32,000 nucleotides of DNA from the NCBI RefSeq assembly GCF_003428155.1, contig NZ_QLIR01000006.1, forward strand, positions 60,001-92,000, given 5' to 3'. Under the pieces are notes generated by a model that was given only the letters and a program-made list of their open reading frames with translations, was not told the origin of the DNA and searched no databases. Shown here piece by piece: positions 1 to 9,462 of the stretch. The DNA comes from Fastidiosibacter lacustris. Its GTDB lineage: Bacteria; Pseudomonadota; Gammaproteobacteria; Francisellales; Francisellaceae. Position 1 is the stretch's first letter. Every line of letters starts with the position of its first letter. The translations under genes were made by a program, and so were the position numbers.

Positions 1-1053
1 TCTCAATTTGCACTAGGACTTCTGAAACAGCGTAACAAGTACAGTGACTATGGCTTGATCTTTGGTGGATATTTGGAAATTGATGCTCAAACTTGGAATG
101 GTAGTACAATACCTGCTATCTCGACAAATAATGGTCCAACAGGGGATAATACTAATAATTATCAATCAGGAAAAGGTATCTATATTACAACTGCAAACCT
201 TTATACTGCTGCAAACCTTGGTCGTTATGTAACAACAGAAATGACGTTAGCAACTGATCAAAATAATAATTTTCGTGTCAATGACGGTTTAGTGGTATTT
301 GGTAATTTAGATGACTATCCACTCTATGCTACTGTTGGTAAGAACCGCATTCCATTAGGTTCTTTCTCAGGTGGAGGTCCGTGGACAGGTTCATTAACAC
401 AAATGTTGTTTAGACCAGGTCGTGTGATTAATGCGTCATTGGCATACTATCAATATGGTTTAAGCACTAATGTAACATTCTTCCAAACCGATGATCACAC
501 CAGTAATTTTTCCTATGCCGCCTTTTATGGTAATACGGCAGGTGAATGGGGTTATGGCATCAATGGTGGTTATCTTTATAATGTAAATGGTACAAATAAT
601 TCATTTAACGCTGCTACAAACCTTGGAACAACTAAAACACGCATTGGTGCAGTAAACTTTGATGCAAGTCTAAATTACGATGTCTATGGTGTGGGCGCTG
701 GTTGGGCTCAAACGACGAATAAATCTAGTATAACAAACAACGGTTATGCTGGTGCGTGGTATGTGCAGGCGGGGTTTTCTCCAGAGATCTATGGTCGCTC
801 AACTAACTTTAATATCTCTTATAACGGTTCTTATAACACAAACGATATTCCAGTCACGCTAAGCGGTAGTGCGGTTAACGAGTATAAGCCCGCTAATGTT
901 GTAGCAGGGGGTGTAAATAAAATGGTTGTAGCATCTGCGCAACGTCCATTCTTTACTGAAAATGTATTGCTTGGTTTGGAGTACGCTTACATGCATATGT
1001 ACAACAATCAGCATGCTAATGCCTATACGCTAGATATTTCTGTGTATTTCTAA
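1..1053 (+). CDS. Outer-membrane beta-barrel porin, Legionella/Coxiella MOMP-like; 5' end cut by the window edge
   Basis: Frame 1 is open from nt 1, so the track ORF at 55 starts on an internal TTG. Composition is Gly/Asn/Tyr/Thr-rich and barrel-like. The protein ends ...LDISVYF, with the terminal Phe typical of OMPs. The family assignment is from memory only. Confidence 0.6.
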   Translation, partial: SQFALGLLKQRNKYSDYGLIFGGYLEIDAQTWNGSTIPAISTNNGPTGDNTNNYQSGKGIYITTANLYTAANLGRYVTTEMTLATDQNNNFRVNDGLVVFGNLDDYPLYATVGKNRIPLGSFSGGGPWTGSLTQMLFRPGRVINASLAYYQYGLSTNVTFFQTDDHTSNFSYAAFYGNTAGEWGYGINGGYLYNVNGTNNSFNAATNLGTTKTRIGAVNFDASLNYDVYGVGAGWAQTTNKSSITNNGYAGAWYVQAGFSPEIYGRSTNFNISYNGSYNTNDIPVTLSGSAVNEYKPANVVAGGVNKMVVASAQRPFFTENVLLGLEYAYMHMYNNQHANAYTLDISVYF

Positions 1054-1063
1054 TCTAATAGTT

Positions 1064-1083
1064 GTGATCCTTTAAAGGATCAC
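1064..1083 (+). terminator. Perfect 20-nt palindrome (GTGATCCTTTAAAGGATCAC) just after the porin stop; possible terminator hairpin or protein site
   Basis: Read directly from the sequence. No T-run follows, so intrinsic-terminator status is uncertain. Confidence 0.3.
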
Positions 1084-1296
1084 TCTATCAAGATCGATTG
1101 CCAATTGTGTTATTGCTTGTAATGCTATTTTGCTACTAAATGCATATCTTAAAATGGGGAAAAATATAAAGAGGAAAGAGCAAAGCAAATGATGAATTGA
1201 ATCTCACCTGTAACGTGGCAACATATCAATTTCCACTGGAATATATAAGTTTATGTCGAGAAACTCTGCCCCAGATATTGAAGTAATATCAAATTT

Positions 1297-2223
1297 TTAT
1301 ATGCTTACAGAGTCCGGAATGTAGGAACCAAATAAAGAAAAAATGAAATAGAGTGCGAAAAAACTCACAAAGCCAGCAATTGGCAGAAACGTGACCAAAA
1401 AATCTTTATCTAAGCCTTGCTCTTCTGCAAAAATAATTACCAAAAAACTTGGTGGTAAGCATGCACTAATCAAAATTACCATTTTTGCATAACCGGAAAC
1501 ATCAAAAAGTGAAACAAAAGCAAAAGCAATTCCATACCCCACTAGCATTTTTACAAATAGTGTCACTATAGACGGAAGCACATGTTTAGGGAAATATATG
1601 AAACGATATCCTAGGACAAACATAACCGCAGGTAAAATTAGATAACCAACGCTATTTAGCCCTTCGCTCAGGTAATAATTCATACCTCCAAAGATAAAAT
1701 GTATAAGCAGACCACAAACTACTGAAAGAGGTATTGGACCTAAAAAGAAGCTTCGAATAAATTTAAAGGACATGTGCTGCTTCGTGCCATAATAACAAGT
1801 AATAAAATAATTGAAGGTAAAAAGAATAATTGCATGTGTGATATCAAAAACAAAGAAAGTCGGTAGCGCTGGAGATCCATACAACAATAACACCAATGCT
1901 AAACCAATACTCCCTCCTTCTAAAGACGAGAAAGCCGCTACAAAAGAACCAGCTTCTATAGGTTTAATTTTTCTAATCCTAATATAGGCTATTGATACCA
2001 CAAACAGCCCCAATACAACGCAAACAGTAGCAAGAGGTAGTAATATTAAAGACGGTGAGATTTTAATGTTCGCCATTGCTGATATAATCATACATGGCAA
2101 TAGTAGGAAAGAAATACTTTGACTAATCCATTTCAAAAGTCGTTCAGAAACCCACGCACGCCTGCAACATAAAAATCCCAAAATACCAGCCAATACAGGA
2201 ATAAGTAAGTTTAAAATTAGCAT
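1297..2223 (-). CDS. Polytopic membrane transporter, auxin-efflux-carrier (AEC) family-like
   Basis: 308 aa and almost entirely hydrophobic, with about 10 predicted TM segments. Size and topology fit AEC/MdcF-type permeases. The start lies 3 nt after the stop of the upstream HAD gene. Confidence 0.5.
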   Translation of the reverse strand: MLILNLLIPVLAGILGFLCCRRAWVSERLLKWISQSISFLLLPCMIISAMANIKISPSLILLPLATVCVVLGLFVVSIAYIRIRKIKPIEAGSFVAAFSSLEGGSIGLALVLLLYGSPALPTFFVFDITHAIILFTFNYFITCYYGTKQHMSFKFIRSFFLGPIPLSVVCGLLIHFIFGGMNYYLSEGLNSVGYLILPAVMFVLGYRFIYFPKHVLPSIVTLFVKMLVGYGIAFAFVSLFDVSGYAKMVILISACLPPSFLVIIFAEEQGLDKDFLVTFLPIAGFVSFFALYFIFSLFGSYIPDSVSI

Positions 2224-2226
2224 TTT

Positions 2227-2931
2227 CTATACCGAGAATAATTTATAAAGAATCTCAGACACCCCATACCCTGCGGGTTTTGAAGAGACGTGCCCCTTTC
2301 TATCGTACACTACTTTTTGTACGTCAGTTTTCGCATTTGAAACGGTACAAGGTATAATTCGACTGTCAGCGAGGAGTCCTATGTCATTTTCACCATCCCC
2401 CACATAGTAGATTTCAGCATCTTGCGGCAAATATTGGAGCAAATTCACTTTATCTATTCTTGGCGGAACGACGTCTAAACCGCCATCGCCATCTGGGTAG
2501 GAATAGACACAAAGGTTCCATCCTTCGTCACTAATAAAGTCTTTGATTTTTTTCTCAGCTATCAAGACTTGAGAACCAAATTTTTTAGACCAAATAGATC
2601 GCTTTGGCTCTTCTCTGTAGGGAGGTAAATTTAATTGACCAATTTTTGCTTGAAAAGCTGATAAATCTGCGTTAGCAGGCTGTACGTAATCAATTTTGTC
2701 AGAGGGTATAACAATATGCCCGCCATTTTCCGCACAAATCATCCATGTATTAAGTTGAATATTAGCAGCAATTTCCTTTAGCAAGGGATAATCCTTTCCA
2801 GAGGCAAGAAATAATTTTACGCCGATTTCTTCTAATGCCACAAATTGTTGCATTAATTTTTCTGGAATTGGGTATCCAGGCATTTCAAGCGTTCCATCAC
2901 GATCAAATCCCACATAAATATTATGCAACAT
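2227..2931 (-). CDS. HAD-superfamily phosphatase, subfamily IIB (Cof/sucrose-phosphatase-like)
   Basis: N-terminal motif I FDRDGTLE (DxDGT). C-terminal motif GDGENDIGLL, which is typical of HAD-IIB. 234 aa. Confidence 0.7.
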   Translation of the reverse strand: MLHNIYVGFDRDGTLEMPGYPIPEKLMQQFVALEEIGVKLFLASGKDYPLLKEIAANIQLNTWMICAENGGHIVIPSDKIDYVQPANADLSAFQAKIGQLNLPPYREEPKRSIWSKKFGSQVLIAEKKIKDFISDEGWNLCVYSYPDGDGGLDVVPPRIDKVNLLQYLPQDAEIYYVGDGENDIGLLADSRIIPCTVSNAKTDVQKVVYDRKGHVSSKPAGYGVSEILYKLFSV

Positions 2932-3038
2932 AGCGTCTCCTTAATGTTAATTTTAAAATATCTGCTTTAATGCCGGTCACAGAATAGTACCTGATAAAGT
3001 ACTTTTTGTGTTCTATATGTAATTTTTGTTATTTCTTT

Positions 3039-4235
3039 CTACTTTGTAAATGCCACAGAATCTCTTAAAAATAAAGATTCTTTGCGAGGGCTATCTTGAG
3101 TAATATGATTTAATGCAATTTTCCTATTGTTGTAGTGCGACAGAAGGAACTCCTGTTTGCCAAGCACAGGCGCTTGATTTGTCATTTTTACGCAACGGAC
3201 AATCTCTTTTGCCGCTTCGAAAGCAAGACTTAGTTTTGTAGGCCACACACCAAGAATTCCTGGGGTTACTTGGTATATGTATGCTTGATTAGGTCGACCA
3301 CCTTGCCCCAAGTCACTACTTTCTATTTTTGTGGCATTATATACAAAAGCGGTTAACCCAGACAGTCCTTTCAATAAAGGGAAAAGCCTAAAGAGTGATT
3401 GAATCTGTTGATTGAGATGGGATTTATCATTTGTATCGTCTTGCTCTGTTTCAATAACAGGATCAGTTCCAAACGTATACAACCAGTAAATCTTATTGCC
3501 TTTGTATTGTGGCACAATAAACATTTTCAACCCTGGAAATAGTACACTCAGATTTGGCAAATTTCCCTCTAGAACAAGTACCTGACAGCGTCTTTTTTGC
3601 ATATTTTGAGGTATTTTCCCAGGGATGTCGATCAAATCTACCAAGGCATCGTTACCAGAACCAGCGCATAAAATAACATACTTGGCTTCTATTTTCTTTT
3701 GTTGCTTATTATTTACCAAAATTACCTCATGCAGCCCACTAGAGCTTTCAGTAATTTTAGTGATGTTACCAACAATAAATGAATGAGTAAGTTCAAGACT
3801 GAGTCTATCTATCAATGATTGACCACTAAATAACATATGGGGAAATTGATAAAAAGTGTTGCAAGCACTTCTTGCTAAGACATCAGGAACTCTTTTAGTC
3901 CTTTCAAAAGGGATAGATGCCCCGCGCCAAGAATCCAACCACATAGCCTCATCATCAACAGAATTAAATCCAATATAAGATTGATTCACTGTTGTTTTTA
4001 ACTGCAACTCCTGAAGTAGCGACTCCCAATGTTGATAGGTGTTATTTAGAGTACGAGCAAAATCTACCTCTCGGTAGAAATGACCTCGATGCAAATAAAA
4101 TTGTGATCTAAGTGTCTGCATTCCACCGATATGTTCATTTGTAACACATAGCACAGAAGCTCCTTCTGATCTGAGTTTTTTTGTAAGAATTAATCCTTGT
4201 ATTCCTGCACCTACCACAACGACGTCAACTTTCAT
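3039..4235 (-). CDS. FAD-dependent oxidoreductase (DAO/GlpD-like fold), substrate unknown
   Basis: N-terminal Rossmann dinucleotide motif MKVDVVVVGAGIQGL (GxGxxG). 398 aa. Confidence 0.6.
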   Translation of the reverse strand: MKVDVVVVGAGIQGLILTKKLRSEGASVLCVTNEHIGGMQTLRSQFYLHRGHFYREVDFARTLNNTYQHWESLLQELQLKTTVNQSYIGFNSVDDEAMWLDSWRGASIPFERTKRVPDVLARSACNTFYQFPHMLFSGQSLIDRLSLELTHSFIVGNITKITESSSGLHEVILVNNKQQKKIEAKYVILCAGSGNDALVDLIDIPGKIPQNMQKRRCQVLVLEGNLPNLSVLFPGLKMFIVPQYKGNKIYWLYTFGTDPVIETEQDDTNDKSHLNQQIQSLFRLFPLLKGLSGLTAFVYNATKIESSDLGQGGRPNQAYIYQVTPGILGVWPTKLSLAFEAAKEIVRCVKMTNQAPVLGKQEFLLSHYNNRKIALNHITQDSPRKESLFLRDSVAFTK

Positions 4236-4573
4236 AAAATCACCCTTCCCCTAATTGTGTAGAAATTTGCTATCCATGAGCTACAAACCGTAGAGTATCC
4301 TTGCAATAGGGTTGCTAAAAAATCAGGCGTAGCTCAGTATTTGATAATTTACAACCTTTGCTTATTAGCTTGCAAGAACTTTTCAAAATAAGTTATCGAA
4401 AGCGTAGGATCTATATTCCAAATCAGGTTAAGAGGGCTGTTCAAAATCTGACGATGAGGTCGATATTTTAATTGACGGAAGGGACTGGAGTGATTTAGTT
4501 CTACGAAGAGAGCTTAAAAAAGAGTTGATTGATCGTTGTAATGCTGTATATGGGAATATTTTTTCTTTAAATA

Positions 4574-4650
4574 TGGCGGAATGGACGGGACTCGAACCCG
4601 CGACCCCCTGCGTGACAGGCAGGTATTCTAACCAACTGAACTACCACTCC
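4574..4650 (-). tRNA. tRNA-Asp (GTC)
   Basis: The reverse complement GGAGTGGTAGTTCAGTTGGTTAGAATACCTGCCTGTCACGCAGGGGGTCGCGGGTTCGAGTCCCGTCCATTCCGCCA is nearly identical to E. coli tRNA-Asp. The 7-bp acceptor stem and anticodon loop CTGTCAC are intact, and CCA is encoded. Confidence 0.95.
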
Positions 4651-4659
4651 GCGATTTTA

Positions 4660-4735
4660 TGGTGCCGACACCAGGACTTGAACCCGGAACCTGCCGATTA
4701 CAAGTCGGCTGCTCTACCAGTTGAGCCATGTCGGC
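4660..4735 (-). tRNA. tRNA-Thr (TGT)
   Basis: The reverse complement is GCCGACATGGCTCAACTGGTAGAGCAGCCGACTTGTAATCGGCAGGTTCCGGGTTCAAGTCCTGGTGTCGGCACCA. It folds as a cloverleaf with anticodon loop CTTGTAA. CCA is encoded. Confidence 0.95.
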
Positions 4736-4746
4736 AACAAGATGGC

Positions 4747-4774
4747 ATTCTATAGGTTTCAGAATATAAGTCAA
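4747..4774 (-). promoter_or_regulatory. Sigma70-type promoter for the tRNA-Thr/tRNA-Asp pair
   Basis: Minus strand reads TTGACT (4774-4769), a 16-nt spacer, then TAGAAT (4752-4747). The -10 ends 11 nt before the mature tRNA-Thr 5' end. Confidence 0.55.
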
Positions 4775-5014
4775 CAGGTGAGTTTCAAAAAAAACATAAA
4801 AAATTTGAAGTTTAAGATCTCTTTGAAGATCGGAATTATTGATGTTAAATTCGAGATTGGGTATAAGTTTTTTTATTTTTTAACGGGTTGTATATGAACA
4901 GGAATATCCCTTATAGAAAGTTTAAACACAATCTGGATTTCGCATTTTTCAATCTAGCATTTTGGAATGATTGAGATCATACTTTTTAACAAAAAATAAT
5001 AGTTTACCGAGGCT

Positions 5015-5042
5015 TTGAAATAGCAGTGCATAGGTATATACT
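5015..5042 (+). promoter_or_regulatory. Candidate promoter for the alcohol dehydrogenase gene
   Basis: TTGAAA, 16-nt spacer, TATACT. A strong AAGGAGG Shine-Dalgarno precedes the ATG at 5078. Confidence 0.4.
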
Positions 5043-5077
5043 TGCTTACGAAAATTTGACAAAAAGGAGGAAATAAC

Positions 5078-6238
5078 ATGGATAACTTTATTTATTACAA
5101 TCCAACATGCATTTTTTTTGGAAAGGGTGAAATTAAACAACTGGCAATAGCAATTGATCGAAAACTTAAGGTATTGCTTGTCTATGGTGGTGGCAGCATT
5201 AAAGTTAATCGCGTTTATGATCAAGTCATGAATGCGTTAAAAGCACATCAAGTTTTGGAGTTTTCAGGGATCGAACCAAATCCTGAATACGAAACTTGTA
5301 TGAAGGTAGTGGAATATATTCATGTCAATAACGTTGATTTTGTTTTGGCTGTTGGCGGTGGTTCGGTAATTGACGCAGTCAAATTTATCGTTGCAGCTGC
5401 AAAATTTAAAGGAGATCCTTGGGATATTTTAGCTAAAAATGCAGATATCACTGAAGTCTTGCCTTTTGGTTCAGTATTAACCTTACCTGCAACTGGTTCT
5501 GAGATGAATAATAATTCAGTCATTTCTCGTCGTGCGTTCAATAAAAAACTTTTTTTCTCACATGATAAAGTTTATCCCGTATTCTCAATCCTTGATCCAG
5601 AAACAACATATACCTTGCCATCAAGACAAGTAGCAAATGGAATAGTCGATGCTTTTGTTCATGTAATGGAACAATATTTAACCTACCCACAGAATGCACC
5701 TTTGCAAGATAGATTTGCTGAAGGAATCTTGCAAACATTAATTGAAGAAGGGCAAAAAGTGCTTATTAACCCTCATAATTACGATGTGCGTGCTAACATT
5801 ATGTGGGCAGCAGCTCTGGCCTTAAACACACTTATTGAAAAGGGCGTTAAGACAGATTGGGCAACGCATATGATTGGTCATGAATTAACAGCGATTTATG
5901 GTTTGGATCACGCACAAACTTTAGCCATTATTTTGCCGAATGTAATGAAGTATAAGCGCGAGAAGAAAGCTGATAAACTTGTCCAATATGCTGAACGTGT
6001 TTGGGGTGTTGATAAAGCATTATCGAGTGAACAAAAAATCAATTTGGGAATAGAGAAAACGCGAGCTTTTTTTGAGAAGATGGGCAATCCTACTACGATC
6101 AGTGCATACAGCTTAAGTAAAGGTAAATTCGATGCCATTATAGAAAATTTAAGGCAAAATGGCAGATTTCAACTTGGTGAACATCAAGATATTACGCTCG
6201 AAGATAGTCGTAAAATCCTTGAAATGAGCTTTGAGTAA
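5078..6238 (+). CDS. yqhD: Iron-containing (group III) NADPH-dependent alcohol/aldehyde dehydrogenase, YqhD-like
   Basis: Collinear with E. coli YqhD along the whole length: FGKG...YGGGS, GIEPNP, AVGGGSV.D..KFI, LTLPATGSE, QVANG.VDAFVH..EQY, DWATH..GHELTA..GLDHAQTLAI.LP. Confidence 0.9.
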   Translation: MDNFIYYNPTCIFFGKGEIKQLAIAIDRKLKVLLVYGGGSIKVNRVYDQVMNALKAHQVLEFSGIEPNPEYETCMKVVEYIHVNNVDFVLAVGGGSVIDAVKFIVAAAKFKGDPWDILAKNADITEVLPFGSVLTLPATGSEMNNNSVISRRAFNKKLFFSHDKVYPVFSILDPETTYTLPSRQVANGIVDAFVHVMEQYLTYPQNAPLQDRFAEGILQTLIEEGQKVLINPHNYDVRANIMWAAALALNTLIEKGVKTDWATHMIGHELTAIYGLDHAQTLAIILPNVMKYKREKKADKLVQYAERVWGVDKALSSEQKINLGIEKTRAFFEKMGNPTTISAYSLSKGKFDAIIENLRQNGRFQLGEHQDITLEDSRKILEMSFE

Positions 6239-6349
6239 TATTTTTTTGATAACATACTAGTCAGCCCCCTTATTTTTGCTTTAAACTTTTAGTTGGAAAA
6301 GTTTAATGAAGCCTTCTGCGAATAACAGAAGAAGCAAAAAGGAGTTTAT

Positions 6350-6736
6350 ATGACCACAGTGACAAGACCAAAACGAGTGTATGCAGCCATTTGGATGCTC
6401 TATGCAGCAAGTATTCTTGGGCTTTTAGATTTGTTGACTTCATCAACTTTAATTATTCAGCCTGAGAATTTGATCTGGATTGATGTCATTGCTTATCTTG
6501 TAATGATTGGAGCCGCTTTTGTGATTAGTTTAGGAGTGAAAGCTGCTAAAGTCGTTTATATTATTCTCGCTGTGATGTGGTATTTAGCTCTTATCTTCTA
6601 CTTGCCTGAACGTTATGGTCATCCGCTTAATTTTTGGTTGGCGTTTATAGAAATCATCTTGATCATTGCTGCGTTTTATATCTTATACCAACCAAAAGCA
6701 ATGCGTTGGTTTAAACATGTGAAAGCATCATCTTAA
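6350..6736 (+). CDS. Small integral membrane protein, function unknown
   Basis: 128 aa with 4 hydrophobic segments. An AAGGAG Shine-Dalgarno lies upstream of the ATG. No recognisable family. Confidence 0.6.
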   Translation: MTTVTRPKRVYAAIWMLYAASILGLLDLLTSSTLIIQPENLIWIDVIAYLVMIGAAFVISLGVKAAKVVYIILAVMWYLALIFYLPERYGHPLNFWLAFIEIILIIAAFYILYQPKAMRWFKHVKASS

Positions 6737-6862
6737 CTGCTTTTACATATTTCGTGCTTTTGCTAGATAAGCTTATTGTGTTCACGAGAACGGGACACTC
6801 ATAGCCACAAGCTAACAAGGTGGTTTGTTTGTCATCGTGTACAAAACTCATTGTAGCCGACA

Positions 6863-6890
6863 TTGTCAAATCATTCATAACTGATATACT
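6863..6890 (+). promoter_or_regulatory. Candidate glyQ promoter
   Basis: TTGTCA, 16-nt spacer, TATACT. The -10 ends 33 nt upstream of the GTG start. Confidence 0.4.
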
Positions 6891-6923
6891 TTTGCTACAT
6901 TCGTTTATATGGATTTATAAGCT

Positions 6924-7811
6924 GTGCTTACGTTTCAAGAAATTATATTTAAACTTCAACAATATTGGGCTGAAAAAGGTTGTATGATTGTTCAGCCTTT
7001 AGATATGGAGGTCGGTGCAGGCACCTTTCACCCGTCGACTTTTTTGCGTGCAATTGGTCCTGAGAGCTGGAATGCAGCTTATGTTCAGCCATCACGCAGA
7101 CCAACGGATGGTCGTTATGGTGACAATCCAAATCGTGGGCAGCATTATTATCAATTTCAAGTGGTAATGAAGCCTTCACCAAAGGATTTTCAGGAGTTGT
7201 ATTTGGGGTCGTTGTGTCTATTGGGAATTGATCCTCTAGAACATGATATTCGTTTTGTAGAAGACAATTGGGAGTCTCCAACTCTCGGTGCTTGGGGTTT
7301 AGGTTGGGAAGTATGGGCAAATGGTATGGAAGTGACGCAATTTACCTATTTTCAGCAAGTTGGGGGGTTGGAGTGTAAACCCATAACTGGCGAGATCACT
7401 TATGGTCTTGAGCGTTTGGCAATGTATTTGCAAAACGTTGATAGCATGTATGATTTATTATGGGCAAACACTGCAATGGGACCGGTTTATTATCGTGATG
7501 TATTCCAGCAAAATGAGCGAGAAATGTCACAATATAACTTCGAAGAAGCAGATGTAGAACATTTGTTTAATGAGTTTGAGTTTTTGGAGAAGGAAAGTGC
7601 GCGTCTTTTGGAAAAAGGTTTAGCATTACCTGCCTATGAGATGATGTTAAAGGCCTCACATGCATTTAATATGCTTGATGCTCGCCATGCCATTTCAGCT
7701 ACTGAGCGACAGCGCTATATCTTGCGTGTGCGTGCTTTATCAAGAGCTGTAGCCGAAGTGTATTATAGATCACGTGAAAAACTAGGGTTTCCTGTTTTAC
7801 AAAATATTTAA
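6924..7811 (+). CDS. glyQ: Glycine--tRNA ligase alpha subunit
   Basis: Near-identical blocks to E. coli GlyQ: [78 protein letters not shown] start follows an in-frame TAA directly. Confidence 0.97.
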   Translation: MLTFQEIIFKLQQYWAEKGCMIVQPLDMEVGAGTFHPSTFLRAIGPESWNAAYVQPSRRPTDGRYGDNPNRGQHYYQFQVVMKPSPKDFQELYLGSLCLLGIDPLEHDIRFVEDNWESPTLGAWGLGWEVWANGMEVTQFTYFQQVGGLECKPITGEITYGLERLAMYLQNVDSMYDLLWANTAMGPVYYRDVFQQNEREMSQYNFEEADVEHLFNEFEFLEKESARLLEKGLALPAYEMMLKASHAFNMLDARHAISATERQRYILRVRALSRAVAEVYYRSREKLGFPVLQNI

Positions 7812-7875
7812 ATCTTATCCCCATATATCGTCTTTTATGGCATCATAGCGAGCAAATTCGCTAAAAGGGACAATT

Positions 7876-9462
7876 ATGTTCATTATCTTCTTAATTCTTG
7901 CATTTATAATCGGTTTGACAGTCGGGATCATTGTCATAAGACTAAGTTCAAAAGAGCTTAAGAACAAACTTAAAATACTTGAGGTTTCAATTGATGATTT
8001 AACCAGAACGAATCTGGAAACAGCAGCAGAGCTTCAGCAAAAAAAAGAACAAAACTTAATACTAAATACCGAGCATAAGCATTATCAAGAACACCAACAA
8101 AAACTCATTCAAGAGTTAAGCTTATTTAAGCAAAAATTTGAAATTAGAAATGATGAAGTCATAAAACTACAAAATAAATCAGCCACTGATGATGCTAAGG
8201 CAGATGCTTTAAATTCAGAAGTTTTACGTTTAAAGCAAGAATTAGTTGAGCTTAAAAAACAATATCAAGAAACGATTGAGCGTGCAAATAATAAACTAGA
8301 AGCACTCGGGACAGAAAAGTCAAATTTGCAAGCAGAAGTATCTAAGCTTGGTAAACATATAGAAGCACAAAGCCAAAGTGCACAAGAGAAAATAACACTA
8401 TTGGAAAATGCCAAGACAAGCTTAACCGAGCAGTTTGAAAATTTAGCTAATCGCATTTTTGAAGAAAAAGGAGAGAAGTTTGTCAATCAGAATAAGCTTA
8501 ATCTTGCGGAGATACTACAACCTTTCAAAAACGATATAACTGAATTTAAAAAGAAAGTTGATGATGTATATGTGCATGAAGCAAAAGAGCGTGCTTCACT
8601 GCAAAAAGAAGTCAATAAATTATTTGAACTTAATCAAGAAATGAATAAAGAAGCGAAGAACCTCACCAAAGCTTTAAAAGGAGATAAAAAACTGCAAGGT
8701 GATTGGGGTGAGGTGATATTGGAACGTGTGCTTGAATCATCAGGTTTACGTAAAAGTTACGAATATGAAGTCCAAAATAGCTATAAAGCACAAGATGAAG
8801 AGGATAAAGATGTGCATTTGCGACCTGACGTCATTGTTCATTTACCAGATGGCAAAGATGTAATTATTGATGCTAAAGTATCACTTGTTAGTTATGAAGC
8901 GTACACGCGTTCAGAGTCAGAAGCAATGCGTTTAGAGTGTTTGAAAAAACATATTGGGGCGATTCGACAGCATATTAATCTATTATCAGATAAAGGTTAT
9001 GAAGCCTTGTCAAGGCTTAACTCTCTTGATTTTATTTTGATGTTTATGCCAATTGAAGCAGCTTTTGTTGTTGCATTTCAGCATGATGATGCGCTTTTCC
9101 ACGAAGCATTTAAAAAACGGATTATCATTGTGACACCCACAACTTTGCTTGCTACATTAGGTACGATTAGGAATACTTGGAACTATGAAAGATTAAATAA
9201 AAATGCAAGTGAAATTACAGAACGTGCTACTAAGATGCTTGATAAATTTAGAGGATTTGTTGAGGATATTGAGTCTTTAGGTAAGCAAATTGATAAGTCA
9301 AAGGAATGTTATGAGGGTGCACTCAATAAACTCAGCAAAGGACGAGGAAATTTGATTTCTCAGGCACTACAACTAGAAAACATGGGTGTTCAAATGAGAA
9401 AAACGTTGCCTCAAGATATATTGGATCAAGCAGAAGTAGAACCTAATAATGAAGATAAATAG
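7876..9462 (+). CDS. rmuC: DNA recombination protein RmuC
   Basis: N-terminal TM helix, then a long coiled-coil region of about 250 aa. The C-terminal RmuC nuclease-like domain shows WGE..LE..LE.SGL, PD..V.LP.....IDAK and FIPIEAAF-type blocks. Confidence 0.9.
   Translation: MFIIFLILAFIIGLTVGIIVIRLSSKELKNKLKILEVSIDDLTRTNLETAAELQQKKEQNLILNTEHKHYQEHQQKLIQELSLFKQKFEIRNDEVIKLQNKSATDDAKADALNSEVLRLKQELVELKKQYQETIERANNKLEALGTEKSNLQAEVSKLGKHIEAQSQSAQEKITLLENAKTSLTEQFENLANRIFEEKGEKFVNQNKLNLAEILQPFKNDITEFKKKVDDVYVHEAKERASLQKEVNKLFELNQEMNKEAKNLTKALKGDKKLQGDWGEVILERVLESSGLRKSYEYEVQNSYKAQDEEDKDVHLRPDVIVHLPDGKDVIIDAKVSLVSYEAYTRSESEAMRLECLKKHIGAIRQHINLLSDKGYEALSRLNSLDFILMFMPIEAAFVVAFQHDDALFHEAFKKRIIIVTPTTLLATLGTIRNTWNYERLNKNASEITERATKMLDKFRGFVEDIESLGKQIDKSKECYEGALNKLSKGRGNLISQALQLENMGVQMRKTLPQDILDQAEVEPNNEDK

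Noticed and set aside
4525-4755. Track ORF of 76 aa on the plus strand. More broadly, the frame is open from 4432 and reads ...DDEVDILIDGRDWSDLVLRRELKKELIDR..., which looked like a gene remnant next to the tRNAs.
   Set aside because: The ORF runs straight through the antisense of tRNA-Asp and tRNA-Thr, where the GC-rich tRNA sequence suppresses stop codons. It has no ATG or Shine-Dalgarno, and only about 47 codons lie outside the tRNAs. That is compatible with chance.
6949-7320. 123-aa minus-strand ORF inside glyQ. Comparable shadow ORFs sit inside yqhD (5320-5541, 5538-5738, 5908-6138, 4949-5224), rmuC (8265-8486), the GDPD-CinA gene (10126-10431, 10442-10672) and purE (11534-11779).
   Set aside because: These are shadow ORFs of confidently identified genes, with no independent support.
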